Below are positions 8,935 to 18,584 of a stretch of DNA of 64,000 nucleotides, in pieces. The DNA comes from an uncultured Clostridium sp. GTDB taxonomy: Bacteria; Bacillota; Clostridia; TANB77; CAG-508. The DNA lies in assembly GCA_947648905.1 (NCBI GenBank), contig CANSPP010000004.1, positions 760 through 64,759 of the forward strand, written 5' to 3'. The notes under the pieces are model-generated. The model did no database searches. It saw only the letters and a program-made list of their open reading frames with translations, and was not told where the DNA came from. Position 1 is the stretch's first letter, and each line of letters opens with the position of its first letter. Position numbers and translations under genes: made by a program.

Positions 8935-10327
8935 TTGCTCCTTCCAATTCTAAGTTAATTAGATTATTCATTTCTACTGCATACTCTACTGGTAGTTCTT
9001 TTGATATTGGATAAGCAAAACCTCTTACTATCATTGCTTTTGCGTCTTCTTCTGACAATCCTCTACTCATCAAATAGAAAATTGTTTTATCACTAATTTT
9101 TCCAATCTTTGCTTCATGAGAAAATTCAACTTCATCTGTTCTTATGTCATTTACTGGAATTGTATCTGATTTTGATATATCGTCTAGCATAAGTGATTCG
9201 CAAGATACTACTGATTTTGAGTTTTTTGCGTTTTCATTTATTCTTACTAGTGAACGATATGTACAAGTTCCACCATCTTTTGAAATTGACTTTGCATTTA
9301 CAACACTTGATGTATTTTTAGCATTATGTACAACTTTAAATCCATTATCTAAATTTTGTCCTTTTCCTGCAAACGAAATTCCTGTGAATTCTGTTTTAGA
9401 ACCTTCTCCATTTAATATGCTCATTGGATATAACATAGATATTCTTGATCCAAATGAACCTGAAACCCAGTCTACTTGTGCATTCTTTCCTACTATTGCT
9501 TTTTTAGTATTTAAGTTAAGCATATTTTTTGACCAGTTTTCTATTGTTGAATATCTTAAATATGCATTATCCTTTACATATAGTTCAACACAACCTGCGT
9601 GTAAATTAACTTTGTTGTATTTAGGTGCACTACATCCTTCAATAAAATGTAAGCTTGCTCCTTCTTCTACAATAATTAATGTGTGTTCAAATTGTCCTGA
9701 TTCTGGTGAATTTAGTCTAAAATAAGATTGTAATGGAATATCCACTTTTACACCTTTTGGAACATATACAAATGAACCTCCTGACCAAACTGCTCCATGT
9801 AATGCAACAAATTTATGGTCATATACAGGTACACATTTCATAAAATGTTCTTTTACAATCTCTGGATATTCACGTACAGCAGTTTCCATATCTGTATAAA
9901 TTACACCTTGTTTTATCAAATCTTCTTTCATACTATGGTAAACAACTTCTGAATCATATTGAGCACCAACTCCTGCAAGTGAAGTCTTTTCAGCTTCTGG
10001 AATTCCAAGTTTGTCAAAAGTTTCTTTTATATCATCTGGTACATCCTCCCAACTATTACTCATTTTTGTTTTTGGTCTAACATATGTTGCAATCTCATCC
10101 ATATTTAATTCTGACAAATCTGGACCCCAAGTTGGCAACTCTAATTTATTATATACATCTAAAGCTTTTAATCTAAACTCTCTCATCCAATCTGGGTCAT
10201 TTTTTTGTTTAGAAAGTTCTTCTATAATTTCCTTTGTCAAACCTTTTTCTATTTTATAGTCATATTCGTCTTTATTTTTTATATCATATATATTTCTATT
10301 AATATCTTCTATTTGGGTTTTAGCCAT
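8927..10327 (-). CDS. sufB: Fe-S cluster assembly protein SufB
   Basis: 466 aa, typical SufB. Confidence 0.93.
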   Translation of the reverse strand: MAKTQIEDINRNIYDIKNKDEYDYKIEKGLTKEIIEELSKQKNDPDWMREFRLKALDVYNKLELPTWGPDLSELNMDEIATYVRPKTKMSNSWEDVPDDIKETFDKLGIPEAEKTSLAGVGAQYDSEVVYHSMKEDLIKQGVIYTDMETAVREYPEIVKEHFMKCVPVYDHKFVALHGAVWSGGSFVYVPKGVKVDIPLQSYFRLNSPESGQFEHTLIIVEEGASLHFIEGCSAPKYNKVNLHAGCVELYVKDNAYLRYSTIENWSKNMLNLNTKKAIVGKNAQVDWVSGSFGSRISMLYPMSILNGEGSKTEFTGISFAGKGQNLDNGFKVVHNAKNTSSVVNAKSISKDGGTCTYRSLVRINENAKNSKSVVSCESLMLDDISKSDTIPVNDIRTDEVEFSHEAKIGKISDKTIFYLMSRGLSEEDAKAMIVRGFAYPISKELPVEYAVEMNNLINLELEGAIG

Positions 10328-10333
10328 TTTAAC

Positions 10334-11065
10334 TTATCCTTTCCTGTATTTTTCATAACCGTTTTCTTCAATTTCATTTGCTAATTCCTGTGTACCTGTT
10401 TTTACAATTTTTCCGTCAACCAAAATATGAACATAATCTACTTTTAAGCTATGTAAAATTTTAGTATTATGAGTAATAATTAAAACTGCATTTTCATCAT
10501 TTTTAAACATCTCAATTCCTTTTGAAACTGTCTTAATAGCATCAACATCTAGCCCAGAATCAGTTTCATCTAATATTGCTAATTTTGGATTTAATACAAG
10601 CATTTGCAAAATTTCATTTTTCTTTTTCTCTCCACCAGAAAAGCCTACATTTAAGCTTCTTTCCAATGTCCCTTCTTTAATCTTCAATTCTTTTGCATAT
10701 TTCTTTAACTCATCTTTAAATTGAAAAACTTTTACAGGCTTTCCTGTAACTTTATTTTTAGCATATTTTAAGAAATTTGAAACTGTAACACCTGGAATTT
10801 CTTCAGGTAATTGGAATGACATAAATACACCTTTCCTTGCAATTTCATCTGTTTTTAAATCTGTTATATCTGTACCATCAAAACTAATAGTCCCTTGTTT
10901 CTTTTGATATTCAGGATTATTTAAAATCGCATTAGCTGTTGTAGTTTTCCCAGAACCATTTGGTCCCATAATTACGTGAATCTCTCCCTTATTTACTTTT
11001 AAATTAATACCCTTTAAAATTTCTTTATCTCCTGCATTTACATATAAATCTTTTATTTCTAACAT
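10334..11065 (-). CDS. sufC: Fe-S cluster assembly ATPase SufC
   Basis: ABC ATPase GPNGSGKTT; start chosen at ATG 11065 (MLEIKDLYV) with RBS AAAGGAAG. Confidence 0.92.
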   Translation of the reverse strand: MLEIKDLYVNAGDKEILKGINLKVNKGEIHVIMGPNGSGKTTTANAILNNPEYQKKQGTISFDGTDITDLKTDEIARKGVFMSFQLPEEIPGVTVSNFLKYAKNKVTGKPVKVFQFKDELKKYAKELKIKEGTLERSLNVGFSGGEKKKNEILQMLVLNPKLAILDETDSGLDVDAIKTVSKGIEMFKNDENAVLIITHNTKILHSLKVDYVHILVDGKIVKTGTQELANEIEENGYEKYRKG

Positions 11066-11084
11066 TTCTATACTTCCTTTCATT

Positions 11085-11119
11085 GTGTCCAATTGGGGAC
11101 GTTTCCTTTTTGGACATTG
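11085..11119. repeat. dispersed palindromic repeat TGTCCAATTGGGGACGTTTCC-TTTTTGGACA
   Basis: gtgtccaattggggacgtttcctttttggacattg; family member. Confidence 0.7.
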
Positions 11120-11145
11120 TATCTAATTGGTTTATATTATTAAAT

Positions 11146-11619
11146 TTACTGGTGGTGTTTTTTTCCTTTGTACTCAAAAACACCTTTTCTTCTTGCACAA
11201 CATCTGCATTTTTCTTTGTTTATGTCATAGTCACAGTCTAAACTATTTAAATCTAATTCTTTATGTAAATATTTTGCAAGTTTATTTATTGTGCTGTCTG
11301 ATATTGCTGTTTTAATTTTTTCTGCTTCTTGCTCTGCTTCGTTCTCTTCTAATCCTAACACTTCTTTTAGGAATAGATATACTATGTCATATGCTTCTAA
11401 TATTTTTTTTGCTAAATTTTCTCCTTCTTTTGTTAGTTCAATAGTTCCATAAGATTCATAATTTACCAGCCCATTGTCTTTTAAGTTATTTATTGCTTTG
11501 TTTACACTGGGCTTTGTACAATTCATTTTGTTTGCTATATCTGTTACTCTTATGTTACCATTTTGTTTTTTTAGTATGTACATATTTTTTACATATTCTT
11601 CTAGTGCTTTTGATATCAT
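11146..11619 (-). CDS. DtxR/MntR-family metal-dependent transcriptional regulator (first gene of suf operon)
   Basis: 157 aa, N-terminal wHTH (VTDIANKMNCTKPSVNKAINNLKDNGLV), atypical Cys-rich C-terminus CDYDINKEKCRCCARRKG. Confidence 0.7.
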   Translation of the reverse strand: MISKALEEYVKNMYILKKQNGNIRVTDIANKMNCTKPSVNKAINNLKDNGLVNYESYGTIELTKEGENLAKKILEAYDIVYLFLKEVLGLEENEAEQEAEKIKTAISDSTINKLAKYLHKELDLNSLDCDYDINKEKCRCCARRKGVFEYKGKKHHQ

Positions 11620-11653
11620 TTAAACCTCTCTATTTTATATTGTTTTAGCGATT

Positions 11654-11698
11654 GTTAATCACGGTTAACATTATACTATTTTAAGTTTTGTTTGTCAA
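11654..11698 (-). promoter_or_regulatory. promoter TTGACA-17-TATAAT for dtxR-suf operon with overlapping 18-bp imperfect palindrome TGTTAACCGTGATTAACA (candidate DtxR-family operator)
   Basis: minus strand cTTGACAaacaaaacttaaaatagTATAATgttaaccgtgattaaca. Confidence 0.55.
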
Positions 11699-11705
11699 GG
11701 CTAAC

Positions 11706-11737
11706 ATTTGTTTTTTACAAAAAAAAGATACACCAAT
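11706..11737 (-). terminator. rho-independent terminator after the 91-aa gene
   Basis: GGTACACC-TAATT-GGTGTATC then TCTTTTTTTT on minus strand. Confidence 0.65.
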
Positions 11738-11762
11738 TAGGTGTACCTTTTTACTTACTTTG

Positions 11763-12038
11763 TTAATAAGCTGCTCTCTTGATTTTTTCCTTATATAAGT
11801 CAAAATCAAATCTAAACTTGATATCTCCTGTGTTTGTCTCATACAATGTATGAACAAGATAATTTCTAAACGGTTCTTTGTTTTTGATTTCATCATTGTC
11901 TTTCACTTCAGACCCTTTGAACAAATCAAAACATTTTTCTTTGTCATGGTAAATAACTGTTGGTTCACCGTTTAAGAATACTACGTACATTTTCTTGGTA
12001 TTGATCATTCCAGAATTTTGCAAAGTAAGTTGTGTCAT
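11763..12038 (-). CDS. hypothetical protein (91 aa)
   Basis: strong RBS AAGGAGG-7nt-ATG 12038; MTQLTLQNSGMINTKKMYVVFLNGEPTVIYHDKEKCFDLF... Confidence 0.55.
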   Translation of the reverse strand: MTQLTLQNSGMINTKKMYVVFLNGEPTVIYHDKEKCFDLFKGSEVKDNDEIKNKEPFRNYLVHTLYETNTGDIKFRFDFDLYKEKIKRAAY

Positions 12039-12210
12039 TTTTCTTCCTCCTTATTCTTACCTTAGCTGCGATATTTCCATTTTGCAATGGAGGGGAATTG
12101 TACAAACTAGTTTTACTAGCTATGTATTATATTTTATCACATTTTTATGTAAAATTCAAGAAAAATTGCTTATTTTTACTAATTTTTCATCGCAGTTTTC
12201 GACATTTTTC

Positions 12211-13134
12211 TTATTTTGATTTATGTGAAGTGGCTTTTTTTCTTATCTTTGCAACAAAAAATCCTTCATATAATTCGCTTGGCATAACACATAATGTTCC
12301 TTCTATCATTGTAGGAAGTAATGGTAATTGTTCAATGCCTTCAAATTCAATTGGTATAATTTCATATTCTTTTTTATTTAGAGTATCTATTATATTTTCG
12401 TTTTCTTCTTGCAAAATAGAGCAAGTTGAATATACCATTTCTTTCCCTGGTTTTAAAATTTTAAGTGCTTTTTTTAATAATTCTTTTTGAGCTTTTATAG
12501 ATTTTTGAACTAATTTTTCTGTAAATATTTTATTCAGATTTTGGTCATTTATATTTAACGTTCCACTTCCACTACATGGTGCATCTAACAAAATTTGGTC
12601 AAAAGAAAAAAAGTCATTTATTCTTCTTGCATCTGTTTGCATTACATATACACAAGTTGCCCCTTGTTTTTCTATATTGTATTTTAATCTTTGTGCTCTT
12701 ATATTGTTTAACTCACACGCTGTTATACTAGCATTATTATTGATTAATGCTGCTATTTGCGTTGTTTTTCCGCCTGGTGCTGCTGCCATATCTAATATGT
12801 CTGTTTTTTCTTTTGGCTCTAGCACAATTGGTGGCAACATAGAAGATAAGCTTTGTAAATAAATTTCTCCATTTTTATATATTTCTAATTCTTCTATTTC
12901 TTTTTCTCTTTTATTTTTTATTATGAATGCTTCTTTATTCCACTCTACTTTTTCATAATCTATTTGTGCTTTTTTCAATTCTTTTTCTATTTTTCGAGTA
13001 TCGCTTCTTATTGTGTTTACACGGAATGTTACTTTTCTTGCTTTTTTATATCCTTCTATTATTTCTTTTGCTAATTCTCTTCCATATTGATTTTCTAGTT
13101 TTTCTTCTAAAAATTTTGGTATGTTTGTTTCCAT
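12211..13134 (-). CDS. rRNA cytosine-C5 methyltransferase (RsmB/RsmF, NOL1/NOP2/Sun family)
   Basis: 307 aa, SAM motif DMAAAPGGKTT and catalytic DAPCSGSG. Confidence 0.85.
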   Translation of the reverse strand: METNIPKFLEEKLENQYGRELAKEIIEGYKKARKVTFRVNTIRSDTRKIEKELKKAQIDYEKVEWNKEAFIIKNKREKEIEELEIYKNGEIYLQSLSSMLPPIVLEPKEKTDILDMAAAPGGKTTQIAALINNNASITACELNNIRAQRLKYNIEKQGATCVYVMQTDARRINDFFSFDQILLDAPCSGSGTLNINDQNLNKIFTEKLVQKSIKAQKELLKKALKILKPGKEMVYSTCSILQEENENIIDTLNKKEYEIIPIEFEGIEQLPLLPTMIEGTLCVMPSELYEGFFVAKIRKKATSHKSK

Positions 13135-13265
13135 TTTTGTTCTCTCCTTGTTGCTATTTTACTATATTGCATACAGCTTAGTCAATTAACATTCAAAAAA
13201 GTTTTATAAATTTATTGTTATTATAAGTATCATTTGATATAATTAGCACAAAATAAAAAGAAAAA

Positions 13266-14601
13266 ATGGAGAAAAATATGAAAGATTTTTTTATTATATT
13301 AATTATGAAAATACTAAACATTATTCTAAAAATCTGTAGAAAAAAAGGTGGTAACTTCTTAGGAAAAATAGCATTTGACTGGGACCCTAATATATTCAAA
13401 TACTTCAAAGTAACTTGTCCTGTTATCGCAGTTACTGCAACAAACGGAAAAACTATGACAAATAATGCAATTGGCTATGTTTTTAAAACAGCTGGAAAAA
13501 AAGTAATTAGCAATACAGAAGGAAACAATATGGAAACTGGCATACTTTCAACTTTATTAAAAAGCTGTAGTTTAACAGGAAAAATCAAAGCTGACTATTT
13601 AGTTTTTGAAGTTGACGAAGGCTATGTACCTGTTGTATTTAAAGACTTAAGACTAGACACTTTAGTTATACTAGATTTCTTCCGTGACCAATTAGATAGA
13701 AATGGAGAGGTTGAATCTTTAATATTAAAAATCAATGAATTCTTAAAAACTTACACTGGCAACCTTGTATTAAACAATGACGACCCCAATGTTGCAAGAC
13801 TTCGGACAAGCCAATCCAGATAATCACAACGTTTATTATTTCAGTGTAGAAAAATACGAATATGCAACAAAAGAACTAAAAGAAGCAGGAGAAGGAAAAT
13901 TCTGTCCATTCTGTAATACACGTATAGAATATGAATATTATCAATATTCTCATATTGGTAAATTTAAATGTCCTAATTGTAATTATGGAGATAATGAAAT
14001 TTATAAATTGGCAACAAATGTTGATTTAAAAAATAGAACATTTAGTGTTGATGATGTAACCTATAAAATTAGATTTAACAGTATCTATAACATTTATAAT
14101 TTTATTGCTGTTATATCTTGTGTAAGTCTATATTCCATAGAAACAGAAATAGTACAAAAAGCTTTATCTACATTTATTTTAAATAATGGTAGATTAGAAG
14201 AATTAGAAATAAAAGGCGTTCCTACAATAATAAATTTGGCAAAAAACCCAACTGGATGTAATGTAAGCCTTCGTATTTTAAATGAAGATGATGACAAAAA
14301 AGAATTGTTATTTGTTTTGAATGATAATTTAGCAGATGGTCACGATGTTTCTTGGATTTGGGATATTAATTTCGATGATTTAAATAATGTTTCAAGAATT
14401 GTAACTGCTGGAACAAGAGCTTATGATATTGCAATTAGAATTAAAACTTCTGGATTTGATGCTAGCAAAATTGAACCTTTTCTAAATTTAAAGGAAGCTG
14501 TTGATAATTTCTACAAAACTGATGTTAAAAAATATGTTATTGCAAATTATACTTCTCTTCAACCTACTAGAAAAGAAATTTTAGCTTTAAATTCTAAATA
14601 A
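13266..14601 (+). CDS. murT: lipid II isoglutamine synthase Mur-ligase subunit MurT; reading frame interrupted at 13803 (surplus C before GGA)
   Basis: AVTATNGKTMT Mur ligase P-loop, ...NNDDPNVARL then frame +1 continues GQANPDNHNVYYF, Zn ribbon CPFCN...CPNC and DUF1727; matches S. aureus MurT DDPFVSRLKIASDTIVYY. Confidence 0.85.
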
Positions 14602-14631
14602 TGTCCAAAAAGGAAACGTCCCCAATTGGAC
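14602..14631. repeat. dispersed palindromic repeat (inverse orientation)
   Basis: tgtccaaaaaggaaacgtccccaattggaca. Confidence 0.7.
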
Positions 14632-14649
14632 AAAAGGAGATTATAAATT

Positions 14650-15396
14650 ATGAAAGAATTAAAAATATTATACCTATACCCAGATATATTAGAACTATAT
14701 GGAGATTTTGGAAATATACAAGTTTTAAAATATAGATTAGAAAAACGTGGAATACAAGCCACTATTGTACCATATTCAATTGGCGATGTAGCCCCTGACT
14801 TTTCAAGTTTCGACTTAGTATTTGCAGGTGGTGGTGCTGACCAAGAGCAAGGTATTTTATCAGAAGATTTAATTAAGTATAAAGAAAGCATAAAAGAAGC
14901 TGTTGATAATGGTGTGTTCTTCTTGCTGATTTGTGGTGCTTATCAGCTATTTGGAAAATATTATAAAGGAGTTGAAGGAAATATTATTCCTGGCTTAGAA
15001 GTTTTTGATTATTATACAGAAGCTATAAATGATAGAAAACAAAGATGTATTGGTAATGTTGTAATAAATAGCAATTTAAATGGTAAAGAGACTAAAATTA
15101 TTGGTTTTGAAAATCATGGCGGACAAACTTTTGATGTTGATACCTCTTTTGGCGATGTACTTTTTGGTAATGGTAATAAGTTTGGAGATACTAAAGAAGG
15201 TTTCTTTTTAGAAAATGTTATTGCAACTTATTTACATGGACCTCTTCTTTCTAAAAATCCAGAACTTGCTGATTACATTATAAAGTATTGTTTAGATAGA
15301 AAATATGATGAAAATGTCGTTTTAGAGCCACTAGATGACATTTTTGAAAATCTTTGTAGAGAGCAATTGTTAGAAAGGTTCTTAAACCAAAAATAA
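14650..15396 (+). CDS. gatD: lipid II isoglutamine synthase glutaminase subunit GatD (CobB/CobQ-like GATase)
   Basis: 248 aa, MKELKILYLYPDILELYGDFGN..., partner of murT. Confidence 0.85.
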   Translation: MKELKILYLYPDILELYGDFGNIQVLKYRLEKRGIQATIVPYSIGDVAPDFSSFDLVFAGGGADQEQGILSEDLIKYKESIKEAVDNGVFFLLICGAYQLFGKYYKGVEGNIIPGLEVFDYYTEAINDRKQRCIGNVVINSNLNGKETKIIGFENHGGQTFDVDTSFGDVLFGNGNKFGDTKEGFFLENVIATYLHGPLLSKNPELADYIIKYCLDRKYDENVVLEPLDDIFENLCREQLLERFLNQK

Positions 15397-15439
15397 AAAA
15401 TTACCAGAAGGGAGAACCTTTCTGGTAATTTTTTGTTTT

Positions 15440-16147
15440 TCAATAGAATACAACCACATTCTGCAGCTGAATTACTGGCACTTCGGCAATTTTGTTGTTC
15501 TTAGCAAAAGTAAATGATACAAATCCGCCAAGCAGGTGCTTATCCCTATCTACAATAATCGGCTTTTGAAAGTTCTTATATTTAGAATAGAATTTTGCTA
15601 CCTTTTCATACTTGGTCTGTTTGTGACTTGTTTTAGTATCTTTTCGTTCAGACTTATACTTTACTCCTTCTTTTCCACCTCTAATTTTATCTGTCCTCAT
15701 TCCTCTAACCCATATATCGTCTTCTTCGCTATACAAGTGAGAGAATTTTGTGTCATACCGTAGAGCTTCATTTTGAGCCATACATTCTTTTGCAAACTGA
15801 GAACGTTCTTTTTGTCCTTCAATTTCCAAATATTTTGAATGCTGTTCTGGCATAAGGTTTGCTTTACGTTCATTGCATTCTTTGCAATATGGAATAAGAT
15901 TGTTTGTAATGTCTGGTCCACCATAATCTTGTGGAATAATATGGTCAACTGTCATCATATTACTCTTAGTTTTCTGGTTGCAGCATTTACAAATATTTTT
16001 TCCATATATTGCATAAGTCAAATCTTTCATAAGAGATTTAAAACCTACATCAAATCTCATATATAAGATTCCATCTTCGATAAAAACTACCCTTTTCTGG
16101 CCTCTTTCATCGTACCGAGTAAATTGTTCTGGTAATATAATATTCAT
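15440..16147 (-). CDS. HNH endonuclease domain protein (foreign codon usage)
   Basis: CKCCNQKTKSNMMTVDHIIPQDYGGPDITNNLIPYCKECNERK HNH motif; GC-richer codons incl. two in-frame CGG Arg codons (15758-15760, 16115-16117). Confidence 0.8.
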   Translation of the reverse strand: MNIILPEQFTRYDERGQKRVVFIEDGILYMRFDVGFKSLMKDLTYAIYGKNICKCCNQKTKSNMMTVDHIIPQDYGGPDITNNLIPYCKECNERKANLMPEQHSKYLEIEGQKERSQFAKECMAQNEALRYDTKFSHLYSEEDDIWVRGMRTDKIRGGKEGVKYKSERKDTKTSHKQTKYEKVAKFYSKYKNFQKPIIVDRDKHLLGGFVSFTFAKNNKIAEVPVIQLQNVVVFY

Positions 16148-16235
16148 TATATTTACCTCCTATCTATTATGTTTACATTATATAATGTATCTCATATATC
16201 TGTCAATAAAAATGTCGAAATATGTCAACTTTTAT

Positions 16236-18362
16236 TTACAAATGCATTACTCTTTGCTTTATTTCTTTTGTTTTTCCAACATTCCAGAAATTCTCTCCTA
16301 AATATCCGCAGGTCCTTCTTACTACTGTCATTTTATTATGGTCTTTATTTCCACAATTTGGGCATTCCCACTCATTATCTTTGTTTATTATTATTTCGCC
16401 ATCAAATCCGCACTTATGGCAATAATCTGACTTTGTATTAAATTCAGCATATTGAATATTGTCATAAATAAATTGTACTACTGTTTCTAATGCTTTTATG
16501 TTTTTGTTCATATTTGGTATTTCAACATATGAGATAGAACCACCTGTTGAGATTTTTTGGAATTCACTTTCAAATTCTAATTTTGCAAATGCATCGATTT
16601 CTTCTCTTACATCTACGTGATATGAATTTGTATAATATCCTTTATCTGTTATGTCTTTTATTGTTCCAAATTTTTCTTTATCAATTCTTGCAAATCTGTA
16701 ACATAAGCTCTCTGCTGGTGTTCCATATAGCGCAAATCCTATGTTTGTTTCCTTTTTCCATTTTTGTGTTGTTTCTTTTAAATAATTCATAACTTTAAGT
16801 GCAAACTCGCGTCCTTCTTCTGTTGTGTGAGATACACCTTTTACTAGTTTTGTAAGCTCATATATTCCAATATATCCAAGTGACATTGTAGAATATCCGC
16901 CATATAATAACTTGTCTATTTTTTCACCTTTTTTCAATCTTGCTAATGCTCCATATTGCCAGTGAATTGGGCTTATATCAGAACTTGTTCCAAGTAGTGC
17001 ATAATGTCTACACATTAATGCTTCTTTGCAAAGTTCCAATCTTTCATCTAATAGTTTCCAGAATTTTTCTTCGTCACCATCTGCTATAATTCCTATTTGT
17101 GGTAAGTTGATGCTTACTACACCTTGATTAAATCTTCCTTCAAATTTGTATTTTCCATTTTCGTCTTTCCAAGGTGATAAGAAACTTCTACATCCCATTG
17201 GGCTAAATACGTTTCCTTCGTAGTTTTCACGCATTTTTTTAGCTGATATATAATCTGGATACATTCTTTTTGCTGAACATTTTACTGCAAGTTTTGTTAG
17301 GTAGTCATATTCCCCACCTTTTAAATTGTTGAATTCATCTAATACATATACAAGCTTTGGAAATGCTGGTGTTACATATACTCCTACCTCGTTTTTTACT
17401 CCTTCATATCTTTGATTAAGGATTTCTTCTATTATCATTGCATTTTCTTTGATATATGGGTCGTCTTTTTCTAAATGTAAGAATAATGTTACAAATGGAG
17501 ATTGCCCATTTGTTGTCATTAGTGTATTTATTTGATATTGCATTGTTTGTATTCCTGCTTTTAATTCTGCTTTTACTCTTTCTTCCACTAATTCCTCTAT
17601 CATTTCTTTTGATAGTTGTTTTCCGTGTTTTTCTTCAAGCTCTTTTTTATATTTATTATAGCTTACTCTTAGGTATTTTCCTAAATGTATCATATCTATT
17701 GATTGTCCGCCATATTGGTTACTTGCCACTGTTGCAATTATTTGTGTTGTTACTGTACAAGCCACTTGGAAACTTTTTGGACTTTCTATCATTTTCCCAT
17801 ACATTACAGTTCCATTGTCTAGCATATCACCTATGTTTACTAAACAGCAATTAAATATTGGTTGTATAAAATAATCTGCATCGTGGAAATGTAAAATTCC
17901 GTCTTCATGTGCTTTTGATATCTTTTCTGGTAGTAGCATTCTTTTTGTTAAATCTCTTGAAACTTCTCCTGCTATGTAATCTCTTTGTGTTGATGCTAAC
18001 ATTGTGTTTTTGTTTGAGTTTTCTTCTGCTAGTTCTTTGTTTTCGTTTCTTAAAAGGCCTAATATAGATTCGTCTGTTGTGTTTTGTTTTCTTACTAATG
18101 CTCTTGTGTATCTATATACTATGTATCTTTTTGATAGTTCATATCTTTGTATTTCCATTAGTTTTTGTTCTATTATGTCTTGTATGTCTTCTACTAATAT
18201 TCTTTTTTTGCCCATTTCTTCAATATAGTTTATTATTTCTTTTATTTCTTCTTTTGTGGCTCTCTCTTTTGGTCTTACTTCTTGGTTTGCTTTTTCGATT
18301 GCTATTTTGATTTTTTCTCTATCAAAATCTACTACTTGTCCATTTCTTTTTATAACTTTCAT
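16236..18362 (-). CDS. nrdD: anaerobic ribonucleoside-triphosphate reductase (class III RNR), copy 2
   Basis: 708 aa, ~60% identical to copy 1, ATP-cone MKVIKRNGQVVDFDREKIKIAIEKAN, RRTCGYLG glycyl radical motif, CPNCGN. Confidence 0.95.
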   Translation of the reverse strand: MKVIKRNGQVVDFDREKIKIAIEKANQEVRPKERATKEEIKEIINYIEEMGKKRILVEDIQDIIEQKLMEIQRYELSKRYIVYRYTRALVRKQNTTDESILGLLRNENKELAEENSNKNTMLASTQRDYIAGEVSRDLTKRMLLPEKISKAHEDGILHFHDADYFIQPIFNCCLVNIGDMLDNGTVMYGKMIESPKSFQVACTVTTQIIATVASNQYGGQSIDMIHLGKYLRVSYNKYKKELEEKHGKQLSKEMIEELVEERVKAELKAGIQTMQYQINTLMTTNGQSPFVTLFLHLEKDDPYIKENAMIIEEILNQRYEGVKNEVGVYVTPAFPKLVYVLDEFNNLKGGEYDYLTKLAVKCSAKRMYPDYISAKKMRENYEGNVFSPMGCRSFLSPWKDENGKYKFEGRFNQGVVSINLPQIGIIADGDEEKFWKLLDERLELCKEALMCRHYALLGTSSDISPIHWQYGALARLKKGEKIDKLLYGGYSTMSLGYIGIYELTKLVKGVSHTTEEGREFALKVMNYLKETTQKWKKETNIGFALYGTPAESLCYRFARIDKEKFGTIKDITDKGYYTNSYHVDVREEIDAFAKLEFESEFQKISTGGSISYVEIPNMNKNIKALETVVQFIYDNIQYAEFNTKSDYCHKCGFDGEIIINKDNEWECPNCGNKDHNKMTVVRRTCGYLGENFWNVGKTKEIKQRVMHL

Positions 18363-18422
18363 TCTACATTTCCCCCTTCTAAGTTTTACTTCGTTTATTA
18401 TATATTAACTTTAGTTACTTTC

Positions 18423-18438
18423 TGTTGCAAAAGCAACA
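18423..18438. promoter_or_regulatory. palindromic operator TGTTGCAAAAGCAACA ~60 bp upstream of nrdD copy 2
   Basis: identical 16-mer at 24658-24673; 5-N6-5 (CRP/FNR-like geometry). Confidence 0.55.
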
Positions 18439-18584
18439 AGCAAACTTATTTTTTTCATAAGTTTGCTTGTTTGTATGTTTTGATGTTTTATTACATTTTT
18501 ATTACAAATTTAATTCTTAAATTATAGTATTAACACTAAAAAACAAAATTTTATTCATAGCATTCTTTTATTCTCATAATACTA

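Noticed and set aside
11681-11896. Minus-strand ORF overlapping the 91-aa gene and its terminator
   Set aside because: It overlaps a better-supported ORF (strong RBS at 12038) in another frame and runs through the terminator hairpin.
15697-15948. 83-aa ORF inside the HNH gene in an alternative frame
   Set aside because: The full-length HNH frame is intact through this region with a recognisable HNH motif.
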